Shown in pieces: positions 1-10,185 of a stretch of 64,000 bases of DNA (positions within the stretch are counted from its first letter, which is position 1; each line of letters opens with the position of its first letter). The stretch is from Klebsiella phage vB_KpM_FBKp24. The notes under the pieces were generated by a model that saw only the letters and a list, made by a program, of their open reading frames with translations, was not told where the DNA came from and searched no databases. The DNA is taken from the sequence record MW394391.1; one strand, given 5' to 3'. The translations under genes and the position numbers were made by a program.

Positions 1-561
1 CTAGCCCGATACTGCTACACGGAGGTAACGTTTAAAAAACTCGTACTGTTTAAACTCGGCGTACTCGAGCTTATCCCCAACCGACTCCAGTAGCGCATTG
101 TAAAACGCGCGCTCATCCTGGAACACCGGGACACGGCTCCCTATAAGAAGTAATGTATCCGAATCGAGGAGTAAAGGAAGGTAGTATTCCTTCGCCATTA
201 ATCCGACGGGGGTGAACGATAACGCCGATTCGCTTTTTTCGGCGAGAGCGTCCGTCACATTAACGGAAATGCGCACTTTCTCAACCTTCTTACCACGATC
301 GGAGAGGAACAGCGCATTCCCGTCTGTGGTCGCAATGGAAGGAATGTCTTCAAAAGCGCGGTCGGTAAACCCGTTAATATAATTTTGCGTTAAAGCATAA
401 ATAATCACTTGCTCCTCTGATAGTATAGAACCTTTAGATTCTAACAACGTAGAAAAGCAAAGAAGATCTTTATAGCTAAGGTCCGGGGATGCACTAACTA
501 ACTCATCCAACCAACTCGGAACCAACGCGACACGAAGACGTTTTATTGCTGTGATCTTCAT
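1..561 (-). CDS. hypothetical protein, 3' end beyond window edge (partial)
   Basis: ORF runs off the left edge. The start at 561 faces a divergent AT-rich intergenic region (562-618). Confidence 0.5.
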   Translation of the reverse strand: MKITAIKRLRVALVPSWLDELVSASPDLSYKDLLCFSTLLESKGSILSEEQVIIYALTQNYINGFTDRAFEDIPSIATTDGNALFLSDRGKKVEKVRISVNVTDALAEKSESALSFTPVGLMAKEYYLPLLLDSDTLLLIGSRVPVFQDERAFYNALLESVGDKLEYAEFKQYEFFKRYLRVAVSG

Positions 562-618
562 AACGGCCCCTGTGGGTAATAAAAGAATTTTAACATAAAA
601 TTTGAGTGAGATGGAACC

Positions 619-2178
619 ATGAATTACAAAATGACGATTGTCAATGCCTTAGCGCTGTTGTATTGGGAAAATCAAATTCCGTCGGGCAGTGACAGTAAGG
701 CGCTCGTCAAGAACATTTTACAATATGCCACACCAGCAAAGAATTCTACCGACAGCGAAAAAGTAAAAGAAATCTACGAAGGAATTCAAGTTCTCATTCT
801 CAAGATGACTTCACGGGTGGAGCTCTGCAAGAACCGTGAATTGATTGTTCAAAACGTCAGGATGATCGCGAGCGATGAACCCTATGTTGTTGACATCGTG
901 GAAGGGGCGCTCGACTTACATCTTGATGAAGCCGCCATTAAAAATCATTGTCGCCTCCTTATACAGGAGTTAAACGACGTCATACGTAAGGCGGAATTTC
1001 GCAAACGGTTCCAAGAATTCAGTAAAGACGTTCTCTACAGTGAGGGAGAATTTCAACTCAACGAAGTCGCGCGCAGTATCATCACCCAATTTGAAGGTTA
1101 TGCACACGATAAGAGCGATCGGCCAGAACACACCCCTGGCGTCATGGACTTTGTTGACTTTAATGACACGGAATCACTGAAAGCCATCTTTACCCGAGCA
1201 CGAGATCAAATCTCTCCGGATGAGATTATTAAATTTGGGTTACAGGGATTAAACCGCATGTTCGGCGAGCAGCTGGGTGGACGTCGTGGGGAAATGGTGT
1301 TAATCGGTGGTCTCCAGCACCACTTTAAATCGGGTCTCACTATGAAGATGACGTCGGGGGCGGCGTTATACAATATCCCGAAACTAAAAGACCCGACAAA
1401 GAAACCAGCAATCGTCTTAATCTCCTCTGAGAACGATTTGCCAATAAACATGCAAACCATGTACAAACAATGCGTGGAGCCGACATTAGGGAGACAAATC
1501 AAGAAAAGTGAGATCGACCCGACAATAGCTGCACAATTCATGAAAGAGAAGTTTGCAGAAAACGGGTGGCATTTCTTGATGTTCCGTATTAACCCTGACG
1601 AGTTCACTTTCTCTTCATTGCAATCGTTGACATTAGGTTTGGAAGCGGACGGTTATGAAATTGTGGTAATGACGTTTGATTACCTCGCCATGATGTCAGC
1701 AAAAGGTTTTGATAATAATGGTATTACGGGGCGCGAAAAACAGGCCATGTTTAAACGAACCCGTAACTTTATGGTGATGCGCCACGTACTATTCATCACC
1801 CCCCATCAGCTTTCTACCGAAGCGCTGGCGATTGAGCGCGACCGTCCGGGTCAGTTCTTGAACGAGATCCTTAACCGGGCTTATTACAACGAATGTAAAA
1901 CAATTGCTCAAGAAGTGGATGTCGAAATCAATATCCAAAAACAGATTGTCGACGGGATTGCTTACCTGAACCTCGGTCGTGGTAAACACCGCGGTGTAGA
2001 CAACACGCCATTACAAGATCAACGCTGCACATATCAGTTCACCGATATTGGGATCGTTGATGATATTAATGGCCCTGACATGAGCATGAAAAAGCCTGGC
2101 GCTAACACCGCAAGTTCTGGCGGTGGGGCTGCGTGGCATCAGACTACCGATCAACTTAATGACTTTATCTTAAACTAA
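619..2178 (+). CDS. hypothetical protein (519 aa)
   Basis: Long ORF with the RBS-like gagatggaacc upstream, followed by a strong terminator hairpin. Confidence 0.6.
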   Translation: MNYKMTIVNALALLYWENQIPSGSDSKALVKNILQYATPAKNSTDSEKVKEIYEGIQVLILKMTSRVELCKNRELIVQNVRMIASDEPYVVDIVEGALDLHLDEAAIKNHCRLLIQELNDVIRKAEFRKRFQEFSKDVLYSEGEFQLNEVARSIITQFEGYAHDKSDRPEHTPGVMDFVDFNDTESLKAIFTRARDQISPDEIIKFGLQGLNRMFGEQLGGRRGEMVLIGGLQHHFKSGLTMKMTSGAALYNIPKLKDPTKKPAIVLISSENDLPINMQTMYKQCVEPTLGRQIKKSEIDPTIAAQFMKEKFAENGWHFLMFRINPDEFTFSSLQSLTLGLEADGYEIVVMTFDYLAMMSAKGFDNNGITGREKQAMFKRTRNFMVMRHVLFITPHQLSTEALAIERDRPGQFLNEILNRAYYNECKTIAQEVDVEINIQKQIVDGIAYLNLGRGKHRGVDNTPLQDQRCTYQFTDIGIVDDINGPDMSMKKPGANTASSGGGAAWHQTTDQLNDFILN

Positions 2179-2213
2179 ATTAAACCCTTTCACTCAAATC
2201 GGCATAGTGCCGC

Positions 2214-2251
2214 TCCCCTGGATAGCAAAAGCTATCCAGGGGAGGCTTTTT
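2214..2251. terminator. bidirectional Rho-independent terminator
   Basis: Perfect 13-bp inverted repeat tcccctggatagc-aaaa-gctatccagggga followed by ctttttaa. It lies between convergent genes. Confidence 0.8.
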
Positions 2252-2261
2252 AAGCGCGCCG

Positions 2262-2636
2262 TCATTTTACAGGTTTTAATGGGTTCATCTCAAGTAAGTC
2301 GGGATGGTCAGGAAAGGTTGATTTAAGTTTTCGGTATAAGCAGGTCTGGTAACGAGCAGGGTTCTCATCCACCATTGACAGAAGCTCGTCACCGCTTTTA
2401 AAAGCGCCTTCATCGGAGGTCAGGAAACCAACATAGAGGAGATGTGCATAAATCCCAGCGGTCTTATCGCTGTGCTTGTGGTTTGCACGGAGGGTGTCTA
2501 ACATATCCTTCGCGGACAAGATAGTAAAGTGGTTTAGTTTATCTATCAGATACTCAATATGGTCGAGCTGTTGTGCTGTGGTCATGCGCTTCATACGTTC
2601 GCTGTTCAACGAAGTAACGTCACCCATATTCTTCAC
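2262..2636 (-). CDS. hypothetical protein (124 aa)
   Basis: ORF whose end overlaps the upstream ORF by 4 nt (coupled). Confidence 0.5.
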   Translation of the reverse strand: MKNMGDVTSLNSERMKRMTTAQQLDHIEYLIDKLNHFTILSAKDMLDTLRANHKHSDKTAGIYAHLLYVGFLTSDEGAFKSGDELLSMVDENPARYQTCLYRKLKSTFPDHPDLLEMNPLKPVK

Positions 2637-2848
2637 CCCTCTGTTAACTCGAGATATTTCTGAGTGATTTCGTCATCACCCATGGCAGACAACTGATTCT
2701 GAGTATAACCAAACCGATACTGTAGAATTGATTCCTGGTACGCTCGCGCCGACAATTCGGTCTCACCACCGGCATCGATATGGTAACTGACCTTATCGTT
2801 TTGTTGTTTCATAGAAGGTGTCCTTGTGCGAAGAAAATAAAAATACAC
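2633..2848 (-). CDS. hypothetical protein (71 aa)
   Basis: Short ORF with an aagga RBS. Confidence 0.4.
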   Translation of the reverse strand: MYFYFLRTRTPSMKQQNDKVSYHIDAGGETELSARAYQESILQYRFGYTQNQLSAMGDDEITQKYLELTEG

Positions 2849-2871
2849 TGACGGAGTTTCCTCCGTCAGTG
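2846..2871 (-). terminator. Rho-independent terminator (minus strand)
   Basis: Hairpin cactgacggag-tttc-ctccgtcagtg followed on the minus strand by a T-rich tract. Confidence 0.7.
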
Positions 2872-2894
2872 AACCAAATGGTTTAAAAATCTCA

Positions 2895-3722
2895 TCAGAA
2901 GTCTAGACGTAGCACATAGGACATGACTGGGTTACAGTAGACCGAAGCATCCGTGAGAACCGACAAGCGCCGCGACCAGTATTGACTGGTCAATAACGTT
3001 TTATTCGTCATGGCTTTTGCCATCACCCCATAAAGGGAATAGGCTACGCCGCGCGCTTGCGATTGCATCTCAAATGCTGTACGTTCTTTACCAAAGCTAT
3101 AACCCTGCCCCGGGAAGTAGAGACTGAAGCTCTCCTCACCGTAAGGGAATTGATTGACATCCAAAGATGACCATCTAGCTATTCCCGCTAACCACGTCTG
3201 GAGTTCATAATAATCCTTACCTCGTAAAAAGAAATCCGGAGATTCGTTATTCACAAGTGCGGCGCGTTGAGCGTAGGTCAAAACTGGTGTATTAAAAAGA
3301 ATTTTCGCGCAGATGTCTTCAGGGTGAATTTTGTCGATCCAAACCAGCTCGGTATTCCATGCATATAGCCATGAGAATAATTTTTGAATATGAGTTTCAA
3401 TCAGACTAGTACTTTGCTCCGTATCGAACGTGATCGTCTCGAGGAAATTCATCACCTCAGCCGTGGCTTCTTTGGCCATAGGGTAACGATCAAGTAGCGG
3501 TTCGTAAACCCCGTTCTCAGGAAACTTAACCATGATGTAGCCATCGACTAGCGAGATCGCATAGTTGATAGTGTTGTGTCCCCACGGATCGCTGTAGAAC
3601 GGATTGAGTACTTCATCAACGGTGAGGATTTGACGTTGGTTATACGTCTTTGTTCTGGCGAGGGAGTTGTTAATCCACTGTTTGACTTTCGGTATCCAAT
3701 TCTGATTCTCCGGATAAAGCAT
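2895..3722 (-). CDS. hypothetical protein (275 aa)
   Basis: ORF with a Trp/Tyr-rich product. Confidence 0.55.
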   Translation of the reverse strand: MLYPENQNWIPKVKQWINNSLARTKTYNQRQILTVDEVLNPFYSDPWGHNTINYAISLVDGYIMVKFPENGVYEPLLDRYPMAKEATAEVMNFLETITFDTEQSTSLIETHIQKLFSWLYAWNTELVWIDKIHPEDICAKILFNTPVLTYAQRAALVNNESPDFFLRGKDYYELQTWLAGIARWSSLDVNQFPYGEESFSLYFPGQGYSFGKERTAFEMQSQARGVAYSLYGVMAKAMTNKTLLTSQYWSRRLSVLTDASVYCNPVMSYVLRLDF

Positions 3723-4302
3723 ACATTCTCCAATCGAGTTGTAGAGGTGGAAAAATCACGAGGTGCGTAAAGCGGGAAAGATGATCGTAATCAAAAAACC
3801 CGCCTTGGCTTTGATAAAACGCAATAGCTCGTTTATCCGCACGTAAGACAAGTAGTTTAACCGCCTCTTTACAGCGCGCCCCTCGAATAGATTGTATCAA
3901 TTTACCACCGAGCCCTTGTCCTCGGTATTTTTTACCGATAATAAAAGCATCAATCAAAGGGTGCTGGTCGATCATGGACAGAACATAACCCAATATACGA
4001 CCCTTTGACCTTAAGAGCCAAAGCTCAACATCACGTTGATGAACATCCATTACTTCAAGTGCCGACTCAGTAAACGACTGAATATAAAGCGATTGATGAT
4101 TCAACTTATTCAAGTGCTGTTGGAGTTCCGCCGTAAGTTCATTCAGTTGCGCTAGTTCATCAGTCGATAACTGAAAAGGTTGGTCAGGACTTAGCTTTCG
4201 GTGTTCTACAAAAAACTCACTCAGGGTTTCGCCAGGAAGAAGGTGAGTAAAGCTGCTGATACTTGTAATTTTTGCATGAGACCTGGGGTTTCGGTGTTCC
4301 AC
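3670..4302 (-). CDS. GNAT-family N-acetyltransferase (start uncertain)
   Basis: Acetyl-CoA binding motif RGQGLGGKL, and the C-terminal QSQGF is typical of GNAT. The N-terminus overlaps the upstream ORF by 82 nt, so the true start is probably internal. Confidence 0.65.
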   Translation of the reverse strand: MEHRNPRSHAKITSISSFTHLLPGETLSEFFVEHRKLSPDQPFQLSTDELAQLNELTAELQQHLNKLNHQSLYIQSFTESALEVMDVHQRDVELWLLRSKGRILGYVLSMIDQHPLIDAFIIGKKYRGQGLGGKLIQSIRGARCKEAVKLLVLRADKRAIAFYQSQGGFFDYDHLSRFTHLVIFPPLQLDWRMYALSGESELDTESQTVD

Positions 4303-5564
4303 TGTTCTTCTGCCCGTATGAGTGTACCTTCGAGGATCGTTGTTACTGACCCGTTATCGTAATAAACACGAACTGGCATTCCTGGTGTTAGCAGGCGAAT
4401 GTCGGATCGTTCCCATTTTGCTACCATGATCATCCCGTCGCGGGATGCGATTCGTGATTGTTCTCTGGCAATGTTATCGGTGATCGGGTTATCTCCCACT
4501 GGTGCAAAGGTTAGCCCGTCGGCTCTTTGATGGCGAATAATATCTGCACTAATCTCTTCGCGGTTATAGACCGCCTTGTTATCCCCGTCTACCACAACAG
4601 GCGTTTCGAAGAAATTACTGGCGCGCTGGAAATGTACCCCATTACCACCTGAGATATCCCCTGCCACGGAGATATCCTGAGTCTTCGTTCCGCCGGTTGC
4701 GATCACCTTCAGGGTTTGTCCTTCCCACTTGTACGTACAATCTGCCGTTGGAAGTTTTAACGAATCAGCAACAAAGACGGAGAGTCGTCGTTCCGTCTTT
4801 GTGAATCGTTGGGTATTGTACAAGGGATAAATATACCATCGTTGATTTTGGATAAAGGATCCGATGTCTTGATTATAGATCCCACCTTCGCGTCCTTGTA
4901 AGTAACAAGGGAGCTCTGTCATCTTAACCTGATGATCAATGATGATTTGATCCCTTACTGCTGCTTCCCCGGTAATATCCGGAGTAACGATATCGAGCCC
5001 TAATAGCGCCGGGAGCCCTGCCTGCGTATCTTCGTCTGTCTTGGCAACAATGTAGGTTTTCATCGCTTCGAATGCGCTAGTGAATCGAAAGATCCCTTGG
5101 GCCGATTTCGCCGACATGCTTAATGCGATCGGGTCAACCAACTGCACATGGAAGATCCTCAGGTCATCAGAACCGTCTGTATAAGGCACCGACTGTAGTC
5201 CGGAATCGGTTCTGAGTGAGGCGATGGAGTTATCGGAGAAAAATGCCCGGTAGGTCGTTTGTATCGTCAGTCCGTTACTGAATTTCACTTCTGAAACTGT
5301 GTCAATCTGCTCCTGAAACAGAGTCAGGTAAAGATTATCTCTTGCCTTAAATAAGGTAAGGTAATCTTTGGTGATCATAGCGACTTCGATAGTGATATTC
5401 GAACAGAAGCTCTCTGTATACGCTGACGTAATACGTTTCCCTAAAACTGCTTGGACAGGGTATTGCACCCCTTTCAGTGTAAAGATCGCCCTGAACTGAT
5501 ATCGCGGGTTCACTCCGCTACCCGCGATAGCCATAATTTGCTGACGTAAAAGTTTTGTGTTCAT
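4221..5564 (-). CDS. hypothetical protein (447 aa), virion-operon member
   Basis: ORF in a coupled minus-strand operon. Confidence 0.55.
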   Translation of the reverse strand: MNTKLLRQQIMAIAGSGVNPRYQFRAIFTLKGVQYPVQAVLGKRITSAYTESFCSNITIEVAMITKDYLTLFKARDNLYLTLFQEQIDTVSEVKFSNGLTIQTTYRAFFSDNSIASLRTDSGLQSVPYTDGSDDLRIFHVQLVDPIALSMSAKSAQGIFRFTSAFEAMKTYIVAKTDEDTQAGLPALLGLDIVTPDITGEAAVRDQIIIDHQVKMTELPCYLQGREGGIYNQDIGSFIQNQRWYIYPLYNTQRFTKTERRLSVFVADSLKLPTADCTYKWEGQTLKVIATGGTKTQDISVAGDISGGNGVHFQRASNFFETPVVVDGDNKAVYNREEISADIIRHQRADGLTFAPVGDNPITDNIAREQSRIASRDGMIMVAKWERSDIRLLTPGMPVRVYYDNGSVTTILEGTLIRAEEQWNTETPGLMQKLQVSAALLTFFLAKP

Positions 5565-6187
5565 TAGCGGTACCGTTTTCTTTTCTTCAGTACGGAGTAA
5601 TCAATACGTTCTTCGATAGGGATATAATCGGCTGCCGACTTTTTAGCAAAGACTGATTTCTGACCAAACGGGTCGGTACCAATAACGGGACCAGAATCTT
5701 TGATGATCTTCGCCAAACCGGTGACCTCTTCGTCTTTCCCGTGTTGGCGAACTTTGTTGTAGAGCTGACGGGCGAATTCGTCCATCTTCCGCAGATCTTC
5801 AAGTCGCCGTTGGGTGATTTCGGGGTCTTCACGTCGGAGACCATGAACCTGAGACTGATGCCATCGGGTACAGTCGGAGAGATGTTCCTGAATAATTTTG
5901 TTGATTTTTTCAGCGTCCTTCATCCCGTAAACTAACTCCATCTCCACGCCGTCGTGCCAGAGCTCAACCATTTCGGCGATTGTGCGCCAAACAACGGTCG
6001 GGCGTTTGGCGGCTTGAGCGTCGATGTCCGCATACCCGGTGGTAAAAATCCCCCGCTGCGCGATGTCATTCTCATCTAACGAATCCATCACTGACATTCT
6101 GACACTGAAGTGTTTATCGAAGATAAGTTCACCAGCCGTTTTCGGTTTGTGTTCAACCGTTTCAATTTTGACAGACATTGTCATCAC
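5564..6187 (-). CDS. hypothetical protein (207 aa)
   Basis: ORF whose start and stop are coupled to its neighbours. Confidence 0.55.
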   Translation of the reverse strand: MMTMSVKIETVEHKPKTAGELIFDKHFSVRMSVMDSLDENDIAQRGIFTTGYADIDAQAAKRPTVVWRTIAEMVELWHDGVEMELVYGMKDAEKINKIIQEHLSDCTRWHQSQVHGLRREDPEITQRRLEDLRKMDEFARQLYNKVRQHGKDEEVTGLAKIIKDSGPVIGTDPFGQKSVFAKKSAADYIPIEERIDYSVLKKRKRYR

Positions 6188-7557
6188 GAAAGTCCTCTTA
6201 ACGCTGCAGGGATTAACGCGTACAGAATGGGAAGGTAATAAAACTGATTAAGATCATCCCAATTCCGAGAGTCGTTAAAAAGCGCCATCAAATCTTGAGC
6301 TGAAACTTGCCCGTGATTTAATGTTTCCCAAACTAAGGTCTCAAGAACAGAGAGACTTTCCGTTCTACGACCGTAGAACATTTCAGAGAAGATATAATAG
6401 TCATCGATGGTAACATCTTTGATCCCTTTGTTCCAACCTTGGGAATACGGGATCAATACGTCTTCCGGAAAATACTGATCTAATGTATATCTGACCCGTG
6501 GTCGCGTTCGATAGCCCTGTATAAGTGAAATGACTTTTGGTTTGGCTTCCCATCCGTTACGATATCGATCGCTGTTATTCGGGAAACAAACGTACGGGAC
6601 GCCCATGTACTGCGGTCCGCGGTAAAAAGGATCGGTCAAAAATAAACTGGACTGGACTATCGGGATTTTCGTTTCCACGATGTCCATCAACAGGTCTTCC
6701 TGATCGAGTAGAGCATCAAGCACTGTTTTTATTTCACGAATTGTTCCATCCATGACGTTTAAGAATGCCATTCCATGGAAAGGACCGATATTTTCCTGCG
6801 ACCAAAGCGCTGAGACAAAAGTGGTCAGGAAAGGGTCGTAAATAATATTTCGTTTCTGACCTGGGATGGTCAGGGTAGCGTACTCTTTATCGTAAAACTT
6901 GTTGAGGTAGAACAAGGGAATACGTTCACGCCAGTCCATTAGGGTTCGGTAATCGCCGTGCGCAGAATCTGAAATCACCGGATTAATACCGGAGTCCAGG
7001 AAACTCGGAATAAAGAAATATTCCTCGACCGTTTTGTCTTTGAGTTTCTTGGCGTAATCCGCGTCAAGGAAATCTCGCATTACGTACTCGATCCGGTACG
7101 TTGTCTGCATGTAAATCGAGCGTTGTTCTGGTGGCTGCGAGATCTGGAAAATACCCACTCGGCCATCAAGCAAGGTCGCGGTAAAAAGATCACCTATATT
7201 TGGGCGAACTCCGGGATACATGTTCGCGCCCCCACGAACCGTAAACTCCTGCGTCTCTGGTCGGAATTCGGGACTGACTTGAATAGCTTCCGTTACTTTT
7301 AATTCGAGACCATTGATCTTTTTATATTGTTGGTTTATTTCCAGCCGGGAAACTTGCAGACCCGCAGGGGCGTTATCGCCATTCAGAATCTGACTATACC
7401 AGGTAACTTTCCACGGTTTACCTTCGATGGTCGTTAAGATCGTACTTAACGGCGTGTATTGGGTATCGATAGCGACATCACGATACGGCGTTTTGTTGGC
7501 TTTAAACTGAGGAAGAGGTTGGCTCGGTGCATCATCTTCTTCGTTGAATAACGACAT
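6184..7557 (-). CDS. hypothetical protein (457 aa)
   Basis: ORF with coupled ends. Confidence 0.55.
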   Translation of the reverse strand: MSLFNEEDDAPSQPLPQFKANKTPYRDVAIDTQYTPLSTILTTIEGKPWKVTWYSQILNGDNAPAGLQVSRLEINQQYKKINGLELKVTEAIQVSPEFRPETQEFTVRGGANMYPGVRPNIGDLFTATLLDGRVGIFQISQPPEQRSIYMQTTYRIEYVMRDFLDADYAKKLKDKTVEEYFFIPSFLDSGINPVISDSAHGDYRTLMDWRERIPLFYLNKFYDKEYATLTIPGQKRNIIYDPFLTTFVSALWSQENIGPFHGMAFLNVMDGTIREIKTVLDALLDQEDLLMDIVETKIPIVQSSLFLTDPFYRGPQYMGVPYVCFPNNSDRYRNGWEAKPKVISLIQGYRTRPRVRYTLDQYFPEDVLIPYSQGWNKGIKDVTIDDYYIFSEMFYGRRTESLSVLETLVWETLNHGQVSAQDLMALFNDSRNWDDLNQFYYLPILYALIPAALRGLS

Positions 7558-7569
7558 GTCTAATTCTCC

Positions 7570-9111
7570 TTAACGGAATACAAAGAGCGTATTCAATTGA
7601 GTTGGGAGGAGGATGTATCTGTATTTGGGTGAATAGTAACGTCTGGCGGTGACTTCAAGATTTCGAGCAGCGTCAACGTAATCGAGTTTGCTGATTTTTC
7701 TACCGGGTTTCGCAGTAGGGTATTGATGTTTTTCGCCATATTTAGGATCGAGTCCGTCTAATACCATTTTAAAATAATCTGGACGGCTTCTGAGCAGTTC
7801 TGCGGCGAAAGGCTGTAATACCATTAGCTGCGTAAATAAACTCACTCTGACGTGATACAGGCATCGTACGTCGAGATCCGCATCCGACCATATCGTAAGG
7901 TCTTCGTCTACTCGAATAGTACGTGGATCAAGAGGTCGATTATTCTCATAGACTGCGATATGAACCCAGCTTCCTGATCTTCGAGGTAAATAGTCTCGAG
8001 TTTCTTTCATGTACTCAATAAGGAGCGGATCAAACGCCATTTTAGGGAGATTGGTCAATGTGAGCACTTTACGGGGGTTAGTCGTGTCTACTTGAATGAG
8101 GAACTGGGTAAGGTTCGCTGTATCTGCCGCAACCTGTGTTGGCATCCAATCATCGAAAGAAGGAACAATATTCCCTCGGTTCAGATTCTTGTAGAAATAT
8201 TGATCCTGAAATAATTTACGATAACGAGTAGAGCTAATACTTCCTCGACCAGTCAAAGGATCAGCGTCGTACCAGGAGGTTTGACTGCGGTGCGTCTTAG
8301 GGACGATCTGGTTATGAATAACCAATGGGTGACTCACCATAAACGCAATCGGGCGGTCAAATCCAAAACGATAACTGAACTCGATTTCATAAGCAGTACC
8401 GTCGTCGAGTTTTTCTTCGATGGGCGGAGTATCAAATTCAAAGTTACCAAGAATATCTAATTGGGTTTCTCTGAATACGAACTGCGGTTTCTCGCCCCCT
8501 TGGGTAACAAGAACCGACCCGTCAGCCATTAGTCCTTTATTAAACCAATCAGCGAAAGTATCACCGTACCCAGCCACCTTTTCACGCATTTTGTAAAACA
8601 AGTCGAAAAAGTCAAAAAGGGTATACGGCAGTACGTAATTAAAATCGGCATAAAACGACTGATCGATAAACTGGTTACGCATAATCTTGCGCATTCTGCT
8701 CTGCCAGTTTTTGGCTTCGTTTTTATCCTTTGTCCGGTAGGTGAACGTTAACCTTGCTTTCACTGGCTCACGAATCGTAGAGAGGTACGTGTTGATTGTC
8801 GGGTCAGCCCAAACGATATTATTGTCTGGGTAGTAAAAGGCAGTGGTCAGAATATTCTCAGGCTCGGGCTCTTCTGAATAACCCACTTTCACTTTCCCGT
8901 AGAACCCAAACTTAGCGGTACTGGTGGGGTCAAATTCCTGTTGGTTTAATGTCGTTCGCCAGGTAGGAATACCGTGTTCATCGCCGGCGTATTCAATAAA
9001 GGTATCGTCTGGCATCCCGGTTACGCCGATGATCGAGCGAATCACTGCCATGGTAATTGGACGGGTAATCATGACGTCAACGTCAGGTAATTCATAAGTA
9101 AAACGTGGCAT
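7570..9111 (-). CDS. hypothetical protein (513 aa)
   Basis: Long ORF. Confidence 0.55.
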   Translation of the reverse strand: MPRFTYELPDVDVMITRPITMAVIRSIIGVTGMPDDTFIEYAGDEHGIPTWRTTLNQQEFDPTSTAKFGFYGKVKVGYSEEPEPENILTTAFYYPDNNIVWADPTINTYLSTIREPVKARLTFTYRTKDKNEAKNWQSRMRKIMRNQFIDQSFYADFNYVLPYTLFDFFDLFYKMREKVAGYGDTFADWFNKGLMADGSVLVTQGGEKPQFVFRETQLDILGNFEFDTPPIEEKLDDGTAYEIEFSYRFGFDRPIAFMVSHPLVIHNQIVPKTHRSQTSWYDADPLTGRGSISSTRYRKLFQDQYFYKNLNRGNIVPSFDDWMPTQVAADTANLTQFLIQVDTTNPRKVLTLTNLPKMAFDPLLIEYMKETRDYLPRRSGSWVHIAVYENNRPLDPRTIRVDEDLTIWSDADLDVRCLYHVRVSLFTQLMVLQPFAAELLRSRPDYFKMVLDGLDPKYGEKHQYPTAKPGRKISKLDYVDAARNLEVTARRYYSPKYRYILLPTQLNTLFVFR

Positions 9112-9179
9112 TATTGATCCCTCTGGGGCCCGAAAAAGTCATAGGAATGCAGGGCCAGAAGCCCTGCATTCCCGGTGTT

Positions 9180-10103
9180 TTAGAGGTAAATACGACCTGC
9201 GACTTCCTTGCCTGGGACATAATCTTCACGACCAATCGTCAGGTCATCCTGCGCGTTATGGTCACGGATCGCAGAACGAATAATGTCTTCGAACTTCGAG
9301 GCTTGAGCTAACGAGACCCCCATAACCCGGCGACCATTATCAGCCACACTTATCACACCGTTTTCATCGAGGTACCCTTTGAGCGTATTAACGAACGCTG
9401 TTGTTGCCAAACGGTGAGCGTAAGGTGATTCCACAACCACTTCCAAGATACTACCGCCGATTCGGCAAACAAGAATCCCAAGCTGTTGAATTTTGGGTTT
9501 GTTACTTGCAGCAGGGGTTACTTTTTCTGGTAGCGGTTGACGAGGTTTAACCTCTACCGGGAGCTCTGGGGTTGGTTGGTCTTCAGCCAAGGTAAAAACG
9601 GGCTCCTCTGCCGGAGGGGTTGCAGTAACTTCTTTTGGTTCTGCTGCAGCGGATTCCGGGAAGTCCTGGCGCACCGAACGCAGAAATTGATCGAACATTT
9701 CAAACATCACCTGACTGTTCGCAATGTACTCAAGGACGAAATCTACCGATCGGCGGTCAAAGCATTGACAACTGAACGCCTGAACGCCCGCTATACTGAA
9801 ATTGTAATTATAAACCCCGTTATCCACAACAGTATCGCCGGCGAACTGATTGTTTTGAATTTTGAAAATACGGGGGTCGGGGGTTTTAATTGTATTGAAC
9901 AATTTCTCGTAAAGCGCCGGGCCGGGGACTTTAAACTCGATCGCAATCCCGGACGGTGTTACATTGAATAAATTATCGCCGGCTTTGTCGATATTGATCA
10001 AATTACGAATAGGTTGTACACTGACGAGGAAGTCATCGATTGTACCCTCGTAAGAAAAAGATTGTTCGAATGGGGCAGCGATGTAGTGAATAATGATAGC
10101 CAT
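9180..10103 (-). CDS. hypothetical protein (revised start, 307 aa)
   Basis: The track ORF starts at 10196, but a terminator hairpin (10161-10184) lies inside that N-terminal extension. An internal ATG at 10103 (MAIIIHY) has an aagga RBS. Confidence 0.5.
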   Translation of the reverse strand: MAIIIHYIAAPFEQSFSYEGTIDDFLVSVQPIRNLINIDKAGDNLFNVTPSGIAIEFKVPGPALYEKLFNTIKTPDPRIFKIQNNQFAGDTVVDNGVYNYNFSIAGVQAFSCQCFDRRSVDFVLEYIANSQVMFEMFDQFLRSVRQDFPESAAAEPKEVTATPPAEEPVFTLAEDQPTPELPVEVKPRQPLPEKVTPAASNKPKIQQLGILVCRIGGSILEVVVESPYAHRLATTAFVNTLKGYLDENGVISVADNGRRVMGVSLAQASKFEDIIRSAIRDHNAQDDLTIGREDYVPGKEVAGRIYL

Positions 10104-10160
10104 GTTTGATCCTTGGTTTATGGATGATTTCAAAGAAACCCACAAGAGAATCAAAAATAA

Positions 10161-10184
10161 CAGAGGGACCCGAAGGTCCCTCTG
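10161..10184 (-). terminator. Rho-independent terminator inside the structural operon
   Basis: Hairpin cagagggacc-cgaa-ggtccctctg followed on the minus strand by ttatttttgatt. Confidence 0.7.
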
Positions 10185-10185
10185 T